Source: Vulcanimicrobiota bacterium (GTDB lineage Bacteria; Vulcanimicrobiota; Vulcanimicrobiia; Vulcanimicrobiales; Vulcanimicrobiaceae). Taken from it: DNA of 64,000 bases. This document shows, piece after piece, positions 24,367-33,733 of the stretch; position 1 is the stretch's first letter, and each line of letters starts with the position of its first letter. The notes under the pieces were generated by a model. It made no database searches. It was not told the origin of the DNA and was given only the letters and a program-made list of their open reading frames with translations. The stretch lies in NCBI GenBank assembly GCA_963714015.1, contig OY970223.1, positions 1,408,001-1,472,000 on the forward strand, written 5' to 3'. The position numbers and the translations under genes are program-made.

Positions 24367-25037
24367 CGTTGACCGAACGCGCGCGGCGCGAACGGCTGTT
24401 GGAGCGCGCGTACGCGGTGGCCGCAGCCTGCCGTAAATGCCAAATCGGCTACGATCGCCGGTCCAACGTCTACGGCGAAGGCGATCCGTGCGCGCGGCTC
24501 ATGGTGGTCGGCGAGGGCCCCGGGGAAACCGAAGATTTGCTCGGCCGCCCCTTCGTCGGACGGGCCGGCGAACTGCTGGATAAAATGCTGGCAGCAATAG
24601 GGTTGCCGCGCGAAGACGTCTATATCTGCAATACCGTCAAGTGCCGGCCTACGCTGCACGAAGGCGGAAAACTGCGTAACCGCGCACCGACACCTCACGA
24701 AATGGCGAATTGCCGTCCATACTTGGACGAGCAGATCGACGTCATCGCTCCTGCCGTGATACTCGCGCTCGGTGCACCTGCGGCCAAATCGTTTTTGGGC
24801 GGCGACTTTTCGATAACCAAGGGGCGAGGGCGTTGGTACGAGGGCCCGTCGGGCATCCCGCTGATGGTCACTTTTCATCCGGCGTACGTGTTGCGGCAGG
24901 GCGGCCTCGCGCTCACGGAGACCAAGCGGCAGGTGTGGTCGGACCTCAAAGAAGTGCGGACGAGACTGGATGAGCTGGATCGGGCGGCCGCCGGTTCGGA
25001 GGACGCGCCGCAGCAGGCTTCCCTGTTCGAAACTTAG
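24363..25037 (+). CDS. Uracil-DNA glycosylase family 4 (Fe-S)
   Basis: CRKC, VGEGPG, PFVGRAG, NTVKCRP and TFHPAY motifs. Confidence 0.93.
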   Translation: MTLTERARRERLLERAYAVAAACRKCQIGYDRRSNVYGEGDPCARLMVVGEGPGETEDLLGRPFVGRAGELLDKMLAAIGLPREDVYICNTVKCRPTLHEGGKLRNRAPTPHEMANCRPYLDEQIDVIAPAVILALGAPAAKSFLGGDFSITKGRGRWYEGPSGIPLMVTFHPAYVLRQGGLALTETKRQVWSDLKEVRTRLDELDRAAAGSEDAPQQASLFET

Positions 25038-25095
25038 TCCGGCCCAAAACCATTGGCCCGGCCGCGGGTTCTGTGATATCGTGCACTCTGCCGTA

Positions 25096-26190
25096 ATGAG
25101 TTCCAAAGACCCGCAATCCATCTGGTTTGGCGACAAGGTTCGGCGCGCCGGGTTTGCCGACGCGCAGGCCTTCGCTTCGCATTTTGGATTGAAGCCGTAT
25201 CGCTTCAACCAGATTTACCGTGCGGCTGCGAAGGAGTTTGCGCCGGACGTGGACGCGGTCACGACGCTGCCCAAAGAGTTGCGAACTCAACTGGCGGCGA
25301 GCGGATTTTCTTTCGACGCCGTCGAGCCCGTGGTCGTGCAGCGATCGAGCGACGGTCAGACCACAAAGGGCCTCTTCCGTCTTGCCGACGGCTCCGAAGT
25401 GGAGGCGGTGCTCATGGAGCACTACGGCGATCGTAACACCGTATGCATCAGCTCCCAAGCAGGATGTGCTTTTGCGTGTGCCTTCTGCTCTACCGGCCAG
25501 GCAGGATTCACGCGGCAGCTCGAAGCGACCGAGATCTTCGATCAGGCTCGATACTTTGCGCGCGAACTCGCCGCGAAGGGCAAGCGAATTACGAACGTCG
25601 TGTTCATGGGAATGGGCGAGCCGTTTCACAACTACGACGCCGTCATGGATGCCGTCGCGCTCTTGAATGACGGTCAAGCGTTCGGGCTCGGCCACAGGCA
25701 CATCACGATTTCCACCGTGGGTTTGGTGGATAAAATCGATCGCTTCGCTGAAGAGCACACGCAAGTCAACCTCGCGATCTCGCTGCATGCTCCAAGCGAC
25801 GAAGTGCGCAACCGAATCATGCCGGTCAACAAACGGTTCGACATGGAGGCGTTGCTCGCCGCGTGCGACCGGTACATCGCAAAGACGAACCGCAAAGTCT
25901 TCTTCGAGTACGTCATGCTGCGCGGCATCAACGATTCAGAGGCGGATGCCCGGGAACTGGCCCGGCGGATGAAGGGTCATCTTTACCACGTAAATTTGAT
26001 CCCGTACAACACGACGCCCGACGCGCCGTTCGCCGGCACCGATCAGCAAGCAATTTGGGCCTTCGCCGCAATACTCGAAGCCGCGGGTATTCCTACGACG
26101 GTCCGTCAGAACATGGGACGCGACATTGCCGCGGCTTGCGGACAATTGCGTTCACAAACGCAGCCGAAAGCTCACGCCGCGGTAAATTGA
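25096..26190 (+). CDS. rlmN: 23S rRNA/tRNA A-C2 methyltransferase
   Basis: CISSQAGCAFACAFC, MGMGEP, SLHA and DIAAACGQL motifs. Start at ATG 25096. Confidence 0.95.
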   Translation: MSSKDPQSIWFGDKVRRAGFADAQAFASHFGLKPYRFNQIYRAAAKEFAPDVDAVTTLPKELRTQLAASGFSFDAVEPVVVQRSSDGQTTKGLFRLADGSEVEAVLMEHYGDRNTVCISSQAGCAFACAFCSTGQAGFTRQLEATEIFDQARYFARELAAKGKRITNVVFMGMGEPFHNYDAVMDAVALLNDGQAFGLGHRHITISTVGLVDKIDRFAEEHTQVNLAISLHAPSDEVRNRIMPVNKRFDMEALLAACDRYIAKTNRKVFFEYVMLRGINDSEADARELARRMKGHLYHVNLIPYNTTPDAPFAGTDQQAIWAFAAILEAAGIPTTVRQNMGRDIAAACGQLRSQTQPKAHAAVN

Positions 26191-26199
26191 CCGTGACGG

Positions 26200-26874
26200 C
26201 TAGAGCGGGTAGTACTCGCCGCGAAGTTGGTAATGGCACGTCAGTCCGGAACGAGAGCTTTGGTCTGAGAGTACTCCGCTAAACCAAAAAGAGCCGTCCG
26301 GCTGACGACTGAGGGCGACGCGCCAGGGCTCTGAACCTGGACGAGCCCAACAGACCATGTAGTCGATCTTGACGATGTCGAACGCGTTCGGGGGAATCGC
26401 AAAAACAAAGGTTTCCGGAAACTCTGCGCCCGGCATCAGACCCGCAATCCTCGGGCTTCCGAACGCTTTCCACCTATCAGCGAACGCATATTGTAATGAC
26501 GGATTCCCTGGCGCGAATGCTCGGCTTATTTCTACGATTCCGTTTGCCGGCTTCTCGACGTGCTCGCCCTCCAAAGCTGTATACTTCACTCCGTACACAT
26601 TTACGATCAGTCCTGCGAGCTCCAGCGGCGCCTGACCGATATTTTTCATGCTCACGCCGACCTTTATGAATTCCTTGCCGGTTTTAAGCGGCGTGTGCTC
26701 GACCGAAACCGTCGCTTGAAGTTCCACAGGTTCGTTTGCGGGTTTTATGCGCTCCTGATAAATAAAAACGTAAAATCCCCAGCTTGCTGCAATACAAAGT
26801 GCAGCGATCTCTATGAGATGGCGCCAATGTTCGACTCGCGATGGGTGCGAGTGTACGTGCAGTTCCCGGCCCAT
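26200..26874 (-). CDS. Hypothetical single-pass membrane protein with extracytoplasmic beta-rich domain
   Basis: One TM helix near the N-terminus. Visibly more AT-rich than its neighbours. TATAAT upstream on the minus strand (26941-26946). Confidence 0.65.
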   Translation of the reverse strand: MGRELHVHSHPSRVEHWRHLIEIAALCIAASWGFYVFIYQERIKPANEPVELQATVSVEHTPLKTGKEFIKVGVSMKNIGQAPLELAGLIVNVYGVKYTALEGEHVEKPANGIVEISRAFAPGNPSLQYAFADRWKAFGSPRIAGLMPGAEFPETFVFAIPPNAFDIVKIDYMVCWARPGSEPWRVALSRQPDGSFWFSGVLSDQSSRSGLTCHYQLRGEYYPL

Positions 26875-27106
26875 GCGTTCGCCTTTCGCTGGATAGTTTT
26901 ACAGCTCCCTGTACGCGCGCTAACACGAGCCGCTTCACGAATTATAAACGCCAATTCACACGGCGCATGACGGCGCGCCGGAGGCAGAACCGCAGCGTTG
27001 CAGTGCCATCGTGCACAGGTGCCTTCGCAGACCCAGCCGAAAGGTCACTTCGGCTCGGACCGCAAGCGCTTTGCGCTGCATGAGCGAAAGATTCCGGCAT
27101 AACCGT

Positions 27107-27583
27107 ATGGCGGCCGTTCGTTTGCAAAAGTATGAACCTTCCGATTTGCCGGGATTCGTAGAACTCTTCGCCGATCCCGAAGTGATGCTTTACGTTGATC
27201 AAGGATTGCCGCTCGAGCGCGCTGCAGCTGAAGCGCTCTTCGCCAAAATCTTTGACGTTTACGAGCGCGACCCGGAGTTCTTCATATGGGCGGTATACGA
27301 GGGCGACGAGTACGCCGGCCATGCCGAGTTAAAACGGCGTCCGGGAAGGCCCGAGTACGAACTGATCTACCTGCTCGAACGCAGGCGGTGGGGCAGATCT
27401 CTGGGGAGCAGCGTCGTGGATTTGCTGCTGGCCCAGGCCCGAAAACGGTCGCTCGCATTCGTCATCGCCACAGTCGATGATAAAAACGCCGCTTCCCTCG
27501 CGATTTTACGGCGGAACGGTTTCGAGCGGGAACGAGAACTCTCTATCGAGCTGGGCTGTGGGGCGTACCGGCTGAATCTGTGA
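27107..27583 (+). CDS. GNAT acetyltransferase (RimJ/RimL-like)
   Basis: WGRSLG and N.AS..IL.RNGF motifs. Start at ATG 27107. Confidence 0.85.
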   Translation: MAAVRLQKYEPSDLPGFVELFADPEVMLYVDQGLPLERAAAEALFAKIFDVYERDPEFFIWAVYEGDEYAGHAELKRRPGRPEYELIYLLERRRWGRSLGSSVVDLLLAQARKRSLAFVIATVDDKNAASLAILRRNGFERERELSIELGCGAYRLNL

Positions 27584-27592
27584 GGGACGATC

Positions 27593-27982
27593 GTGGCAAC
27601 TTGGAATGACGTGCGCCGCTTGGCGCTCGCTCTGCCGCAAACAACGCAAGAAGCCTCGTATGGCTCGCGAGTTTGGAAATTTAAGAAAAAAGGATTCGTT
27701 TGGGAACGGCCGCTTCGCCGATCGGACCTGGAGGCATTGAGTGACAAAGCTCCCAGCGGCCCCATCTTGGGCGTGCGCACACCCGATCTCGAAATGAAAG
27801 ACTTGCTGCTTCGCAGCGATCGGAACGTATTTTTCACGACTCCACACTTCGACGGTTATCCGGCCGTTCTCGTGCGGCTGGAGAAGATCGGAGTCAAAAA
27901 GCTCGAGCAGATCATCGTCGAAGCGTGGCTTGCCAGGGCTCCCAACCGCACGGCCAAAGAGTTCCTAGAAAAGCGCAAATGA
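27593..27982 (+). CDS. MmcQ/YjbR family protein
   Basis: VRRLALALP and FFTTPHFDGYPAVLVRL, EAWLARAP motifs. Confidence 0.88.
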   Translation: MATWNDVRRLALALPQTTQEASYGSRVWKFKKKGFVWERPLRRSDLEALSDKAPSGPILGVRTPDLEMKDLLLRSDRNVFFTTPHFDGYPAVLVRLEKIGVKKLEQIIVEAWLARAPNRTAKEFLEKRK

Positions 27983-28031
27983 ACGCGGCCGCGCAGGACG
28001 AGCGCGGAGGAGACCCAAAACCCAGGCGCCT

Positions 28032-29372
28032 ATGGAAACCGGGCCTCAGCCGCAAGTCAGCATGGACGAGATCACGGCGCTGGCCAAACGGCGCGGGTTC
28101 ATCTTTCAATCGAGCGAGATCTACGGCGGAATCGGCGGCTTCTACGACTATGGACCGCTGGGCGCCGTTTTGAAGCGCAACGTGAAAGACGCATGGTGGC
28201 GCGACATGGTCGAGCTGCGCGATGACGTCGTCCCCTTCGACTCCTCGATCATCATGCACCCGCTCGTTTGGAAAGCGTCCGGTCATGTCGACGTCTTCTT
28301 CGATCGGATGGTCGACTGTAAGGTCTGTAAACACCGTTTTCGCTTCGACCACCTCAAGTCGGCGGAGCAGTGTCCGGACTGCGGCAGCAAAAATTCGTTC
28401 ACCGAGCCGCGTAACTTCAATTTGATGATGCAGACGCACGTTGGACCGATGGAGGACACCGCTTCCGCTGCATATCTGCGGCCCGAGACGGCTCAGGGCA
28501 TTTTCGTCAACTTCAAGAACATCTATCAAACCGCGCGCAAAAAGCCTCCGTTCGGCATCGCGCAGATCGGCAAATCCTTTCGCAACGAGATTACGCCGGG
28601 GAATTTCACTTTCCGCGTCCGAGAGTTCGAACAAGCGGAGCTCGAGTATTTCGTTCCCGATGACGGCGCAGATCTGGAAGCATTCAAAGAATGGGTCGAA
28701 CGCCGCAAAGGCTGGTATGCTTCGTACGGCATAACGCCCGAGCGCCTGCGCTTCTACGAGCTGACGGCCGAAGAACGTCCGCACTATGCAAAGGCCGGAA
28801 TCGACGTTGAGTATCTTTTCCCATGGGGCTGGGGCGAATTAGAATCGATCGCGCATCGCGGAACGTACGATCTCGATGCGCACATGCGGCTCTCCGGGAA
28901 GGATCTGCAGTTCTTCGACGAGGCCTCCAAGAGCAAATACACGCCGCTGCTGATCGAGAGCTCCGCCGGCATGGACCGAACCGCGCTGACGTTTTTGGTC
29001 GACGCGTACGACAAAGAACGCGTCGTCGATCAAAACGGTAAGGATACCGAGCGCGTCGTGCTCCGGTTTCATCCCAAGATCGCGCCGGTTCAGGCTGCGG
29101 TTTTCTCGCTGGCCAGAAACAAACCCGAGTTGGTCGAACGTGCGCGCGGCGTGGAGCGATCGCTGCGCGCCCATTACCGCACGCAATACGACGAAGGCAA
29201 CATCGGACAGCTGTACCGGCGGCAAGACGAGATCGGCACGCCGTTCTGTTTGACGGTCGATTACGATACGCTCGAGGACAATGCAGTGACTGTTCGCGAG
29301 CGTGATTCGATGCGTCAGGATCGCATCCGCATCGACAGCCTCGAACGCCACTTGCACGAACGCGGCTGTTGA
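28032..29372 (+). CDS. glyQS: Glycine--tRNA ligase, homodimeric alpha2 type
   Basis: KRRGFIFQSSEIYGG, LRPETAQG, GKSFRNEITP, REFEQ and DEIGTP motifs. Confidence 0.97.
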   Translation: METGPQPQVSMDEITALAKRRGFIFQSSEIYGGIGGFYDYGPLGAVLKRNVKDAWWRDMVELRDDVVPFDSSIIMHPLVWKASGHVDVFFDRMVDCKVCKHRFRFDHLKSAEQCPDCGSKNSFTEPRNFNLMMQTHVGPMEDTASAAYLRPETAQGIFVNFKNIYQTARKKPPFGIAQIGKSFRNEITPGNFTFRVREFEQAELEYFVPDDGADLEAFKEWVERRKGWYASYGITPERLRFYELTAEERPHYAKAGIDVEYLFPWGWGELESIAHRGTYDLDAHMRLSGKDLQFFDEASKSKYTPLLIESSAGMDRTALTFLVDAYDKERVVDQNGKDTERVVLRFHPKIAPVQAAVFSLARNKPELVERARGVERSLRAHYRTQYDEGNIGQLYRRQDEIGTPFCLTVDYDTLEDNAVTVRERDSMRQDRIRIDSLERHLHERGC

Positions 29373-29452
29373 GCAGAGCCTGCAGATTTCTTTAACAGTC
29401 TAAAGTAATTCCGCCTGCATATAGGTATTTCGGCCCGTTAGCGGGGGTGCGC

Positions 29453-29480
29453 TTGCGGAAAGCAGCGTAGTGGGTACAAT
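29453..29480 (+). promoter_or_regulatory. Sigma70-type promoter of ppdK
   Basis: TTGCGG-N16-TACAAT, with an AGGGGGG SD before ATG 29528. Confidence 0.5.
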
Positions 29481-29527
29481 TGAGCATTCTCTTGTCCGTA
29501 CTTACGCTTTGCTATTAGGGGGATCGA

Positions 29528-32222
29528 ATGTCCGAGACGCTCGCGCCGAACGTAGCGGCCGCCGCGGTACAGAAGCCGATTTGGTTTTTTGAAGAAGGCG
29601 CCGCCGACATGAAAAACCTCCTCGGCGGAAAGGGCGCGGGCCTGGCCGAGATGACGCGCGCGGGTCTGCCGGTCCCTCCCGGTTTCACGATCACGACCGA
29701 AGCCTGCCTTCAGTACTACGCACTCGGTCGCCGCAACCCGCCCGGCCTGGACCACGCGGTCGAGGTCGCAATGCGCGAGCTCGAACGGCGGACCGGGAAG
29801 CATTTCGGCGATCCGAGCTGCCCCCTCTTGGTCTCCGTGCGCAGCGGCGCTCGCGTTTCGATGCCCGGAATGATGGACACGATTCTGAACCTCGGACTCA
29901 ACGACGCGACGGTTCTCGGTTTGGTCCACTTGACCGGCAACGAACGTTTTGCATGGGATGCTTACCGTCGCTTCATCATGATGTTTGCCGGGGTCGTCCT
30001 CGGCGTTGCAAAAGAGTGCTTCGAAGATCGTATCGAGGAAACGAAAGAGCGGATCGGCGTCACCGGGGACCCGGAGATCGATGCCGCCGCTTGGCGCGCG
30101 CTTGTCGACGAGTTCAAAGCCATCGTTCGGGAGAAGGCGGGGCGCGAGTTCCCGCAGGACGTGCACGAGCAATTGCAGCTCGCCATCAATGCGGTGTTCG
30201 ACTCCTGGAACTCCAAAAGGGCCGTGGACTATCGGCGCTTCAATAAAATTCCCGACGACTGGGGAACGGCCGTCAGCGTCGTGTCGATGGTGTTCGGAAA
30301 CATGGGCGACGACTCGGGCACGGGCGTGGCTTTTACGCGAAATCCCAACACCGGAGAGAAGGTACTCTTTGGTGAGTATCTTTGCAACGCGCAGGGCGAA
30401 GACGTCGTCGCCGGCATCCGCACGCCTGAGAAGATTGCGGACTTGGAGCGGACGCAGCCGGGAGTGTATCACCAGTTCGTCGACATCGCCCAGAAGCTCG
30501 AACGCCACTATCGCGAGATGCAGGATCTCGAATTCACCGTCGAGCGAGGCAAGCTCTACATGCTGCAGACGCGCACCGGCAAACGCAGTGCCGAGGCGGC
30601 CGTCAAGATTGCCATGGATTTGGTATCCGAGGGCATTATCGACAGACGTCAAGCGCTCGGACGCGTGAACGCAGACTGCGCTTGACCAACTCTTCCACGC
30701 GCGCATCGATCCGGCGCAGAAGTACGAAGCCGCCTGCAAAGGTCTAAATGCTTCGCCCGGAGCGGCGAGCGGTCAGGCCGTCTTCGATGCCGACACCGCC
30801 GAGGAATGGAGCAAGCGCGGCGAGGCGGTCGTGCTCGTGCGCCTGGAGACGACGCCCGACGACGTGCACGGGATGATCGCCGCACGCGGAGTGCTCACGG
30901 CAAAGGGAGGGGCAACTTCCCACGCGGCCGTCGTCGCGCGAGGCATGGGCAAGCCGTGCGTCGTCGGCTGCGAAGCGCTTCACATCGACCGGCGCACCGG
31001 CATAGCGCGTATCGGCGATCGACAGTTCACTCAGGGCGACTGGATCACGGTCGACGGAACCACGGGCAACGTGGTCATCGGACAATTGAAGTTGATCGAT
31101 CCGCCTTCGAAGCTGCCGGAGTGGCTTGCGACGTTTCTGAGCTGGGCAGACGAAGCGCGCACGATGGAGGTGTGGGCGAACGCCGACACTCCGCAAGACG
31201 CGCAAAAGGCACGTGAACTCGGTGCCGCGGGCATCGGGCTTTGCCGCACCGAGCACATGTTCATGCAGCAAGATCGGCTGCCGATCGTTCAGCAGATGAT
31301 TTTGGCAGGGACGCCGGAGGAACGGCAGCAAGCGCTCATCAAACTGTTGCCTTTCCAGCGCGAGGATTTTCTCGGAATTCTCGAAGCGATGCGCGGACTT
31401 CCGGTGACGATTCGGCTCCTGGACCCGCCCCTGCACGAGTTCTTGCCGTCGCTGGAAGCGCTGCTCGTAGAGACTACGGAACTGCGCGTGCGCGAGGGCG
31501 AAGAATCCCAAGCATATCTTCAGAAAATGCGTCTGCTGAAGCGCGTTCAGCAGCTGCACGAGCAAAATCCGATGCTGGGCTTGCGAGTTTGCCGTTTGGG
31601 AATCGTTTATCCCGAGATCTACGCTATGCAGGTACGCGCGATCTTCGAGGCGGCATGCGATCTGAAAAAGCGCGGCGTCGACGTGCGTCCCGAAGTGATG
31701 ATTCCAGGTGTCGGGACGGAGGAAGAGATGCGTTTCACCGCGCAGGCGGCCCGCGCGATCGCCGACACGGTTATTGCAGAAACGGGCATACACGTCGACT
31801 ACCACGTCGGAACGATGATCGAACTTCCCCGGGCCTGTATCGTGGCCGGCGAGCTCGCGCAATCGGGAGCCGAGTTCTTTTCGTTCGGCACGAACGATCT
31901 GACGCAGACGACATACGGCTACAGCCGCGACGATGCAGAAGGCTCGTTCATTCCACGCTATTTGGAAGAGCGGATTCTGAAAGAGGATCCGTTTCAAGTG
32001 CTCGATCGCCGCGGAGTCGGCACGCTGATGCAGGAGGCGGTGCGCCGCGGTCGCGACGTCAAACCGGAACTCAAGATCGGCATCTGCGGCGAACACGGCG
32101 GCGAGCCGTCCAGCGTGGCCTTTTGTCACAGCCTGAACCTCAATTACGTGTCGTGCTCGCCGTACCGCGTGCCGATTGCCAGGCTCGCGGCCGCGCAAGC
32201 TGCCATCGGCGCGCTTACCTAA
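29528..32222 (+). CDS. ppdK: Pyruvate phosphate dikinase; one apparent +1 frameshift at about 30675
   Basis: LGGKGAGLAEM, SVRSGA, QGEDVV, GGATSHAAVVARG, GLCRTEHMF and GICGEHGG motifs. Removing one base at 30675 gives NAAALDQLFHARID and fuses the two ORFs. Confidence 0.95.
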
Positions 32223-32372
32223 CGTTGGTTGCCTACAGCCCTTTAGAGTGGCTCGCGCCTTAAGGAGTGATTAGAACGGGTCTCGGAGTGAAGGCGGAAG
32301 GAACCGCCGGTGATGAATCTGCCGTTTATCCGGTTGGCTTAACGTCTTCATCTTCAAAGAAGGAGCTCCGCA

Positions 32373-32675
32373 ATGACCTCTAACTGGAAAACCGCCCTTA
32401 CTTCCGCAGTTCTATCGCTTACGGTGATCGGCACCGGAGCGGCCCTGACCTCGACCGCCCAAGCTCAGATGACTCAGCCGCTGCGCGGACAATGGCACAG
32501 CAATTACAACATCCATCGCGAGCGGGTTCGTCTCGAGGGCGTCATCGACGCCCTGCAGCGCGACCGTCACGACTACGACGGGCAGCGCATCCAGGCGATT
32601 TCGTTACTTCAGCAGGCTCGTCAGCATCTGCTCGCCGCCGAACAGTACCAGCAGAGTCACCCCAGCAACTACTAG
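32373..32675 (+). CDS. Small secreted helical protein
   Basis: AAGGAG SD, signal peptide ending AQA, HDYDGQR..AI..L motif, and a downstream terminator. Confidence 0.8.
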   Translation: MTSNWKTALTSAVLSLTVIGTGAALTSTAQAQMTQPLRGQWHSNYNIHRERVRLEGVIDALQRDRHDYDGQRIQAISLLQQARQHLLAAEQYQQSHPSNY

Positions 32676-32695
32676 ACTGTAATCCGGTTAAACGC

Positions 32696-32733
32696 GAGAA
32701 GCGCGGTTTGCGAGAACCACGCTTCTCTTTTTT
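32696..32733 (+). terminator. Rho-independent terminator
   Basis: GAGAAGCG-C-GGTT loop AACC-A-CGCTTCTC followed by TTTTTT. Confidence 0.8.
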
Positions 32734-32821
32734 GGGCTCATCGTGTACGTGGCGTCCAGTTTTTTAGCATCGATGCACTACGTCTCCGACGGCGAGTTCA
32801 AACTCTCCGAGCGTCAGGGGC

Positions 32822-33110
32822 TCAGTCGCCATTATCCACATCCGGCTTGTCCCGAATACTCAATCCCAGTGAACGATGATACGCTTCATTCTCCGCAAGC
32901 GCCGATTCAATGTCATCGCGAACGCCTTCCTGGCTAACGAGTCTGTTTCAATCGTTCTCTGCTCTCGCGGAGCTCGCGTGCATAGCTTTCCAAAACTTCC
33001 CCGGGAACTTCGGGCGCATTGGGTGGACGGCTGACCCACGCCTCCATGGCATCGTGCGCCGCCTTCCCCCGGCCGCGCGCTGCGGCTAATGCATCTCGAT
33101 AGCTGCTCAT
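32822..33110 (-). CDS. Hypothetical helical protein of about 95 aa; one apparent +1 frameshift at about 32942
   Basis: Not in the ORF track. MSSYRDALAAARGRGKAAHDAMEAW...RERLKQ continues as LVSQEGVRDDIESALAENEAYHRSLG... once one base is removed. Confidence 0.5.
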
Positions 33111-33255
33111 GACTTTCCGTATTGTCTCATAAGGATATGCCGCATCTCACAATATCTCACGCTTTCTGACTCCGATTTTCACGGCACGTCGGGCAAGTCG
33201 CATCATTTATCAATCAGTAACGGGAACCCCAAAACCAGTGCGCAAATAGCAACAG

Positions 33256-33660
33256 GTGGGTCGACGCGTTAGGATTACCGACTCGAGCAGGGCGCGTTGG
33301 AAGAGTATCCTGGGATGGGGTGTTGCGGTGCTCGTAGTAGCAACCGTGGTGCACGACTCCGAGCAGACCAAATCTGAAGAAGCCCGCGAAGCCTGGGCCG
33401 GCGTGAACAACGTGTATACGCATCCAAGCAATCCAGTCAATGCTTATGCGCGCCCGGTGACCATAGCGTCGATTTCGGGCCTGTGGCTGAGCCTCGCCCT
33501 TGCTAGTCGTCCCATCGGTTCCGATCGACAGGAGTATGGGATCGTTTGGCAAGCCATTTACGTTCGGCATCACGGAGGTGGACCGGCTACTTGCGTGTGG
33601 ATTCACTATTCTTGGGGCTCCGGCTCGGAGAACAAAGACTGTTGTCGGCCCTCCGTTTAG
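33256..33660 (+). CDS. Hypothetical membrane-anchored protein
   Basis: Basic N-terminus, TM helix WKSILGWGVAVLVVATVV, Cys-containing C-terminus. Competes with a minus-strand ORF at 33214-33723. Confidence 0.4.
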   Translation: MGRRVRITDSSRARWKSILGWGVAVLVVATVVHDSEQTKSEEAREAWAGVNNVYTHPSNPVNAYARPVTIASISGLWLSLALASRPIGSDRQEYGIVWQAIYVRHHGGGPATCVWIHYSWGSGSENKDCCRPSV

Positions 33661-33733
33661 CATCGGCGACAACGGACCGGACACCATGTGTGGTGTAACC
33701 GGCCCTTCGCCTTTATGGCGCACTTTTTCCGCT

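Noticed and set aside
26960..28031. T-box or glycine riboswitch upstream of glyQS
   Set aside because: Only 49 nt separate glyQS from the upstream gene, and no T-box or glycine aptamer consensus is visible.
29438..32198. Long antisense and alternate-frame ORFs (e.g. 29438-30739, 30744-32198, 20632-22071, 9136-10305, 57794-58951)
   Set aside because: They are shadows of well-supported genes in high-GC DNA, with Arg/Ala-rich composition and no motifs.
29528..32222. ppdK, LCP, NHL and SIMPL genes as true pseudogenes
   Set aside because: They show only single-base insertions at one motif, with no other decay and intact catalytic motifs. A sequencing artefact is more likely.
33214..33723. 169-aa minus-strand ORF
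   Set aside because: It has no recognisable features. The overlapping plus-strand ORF has a more protein-like TM architecture, although neither is certain.
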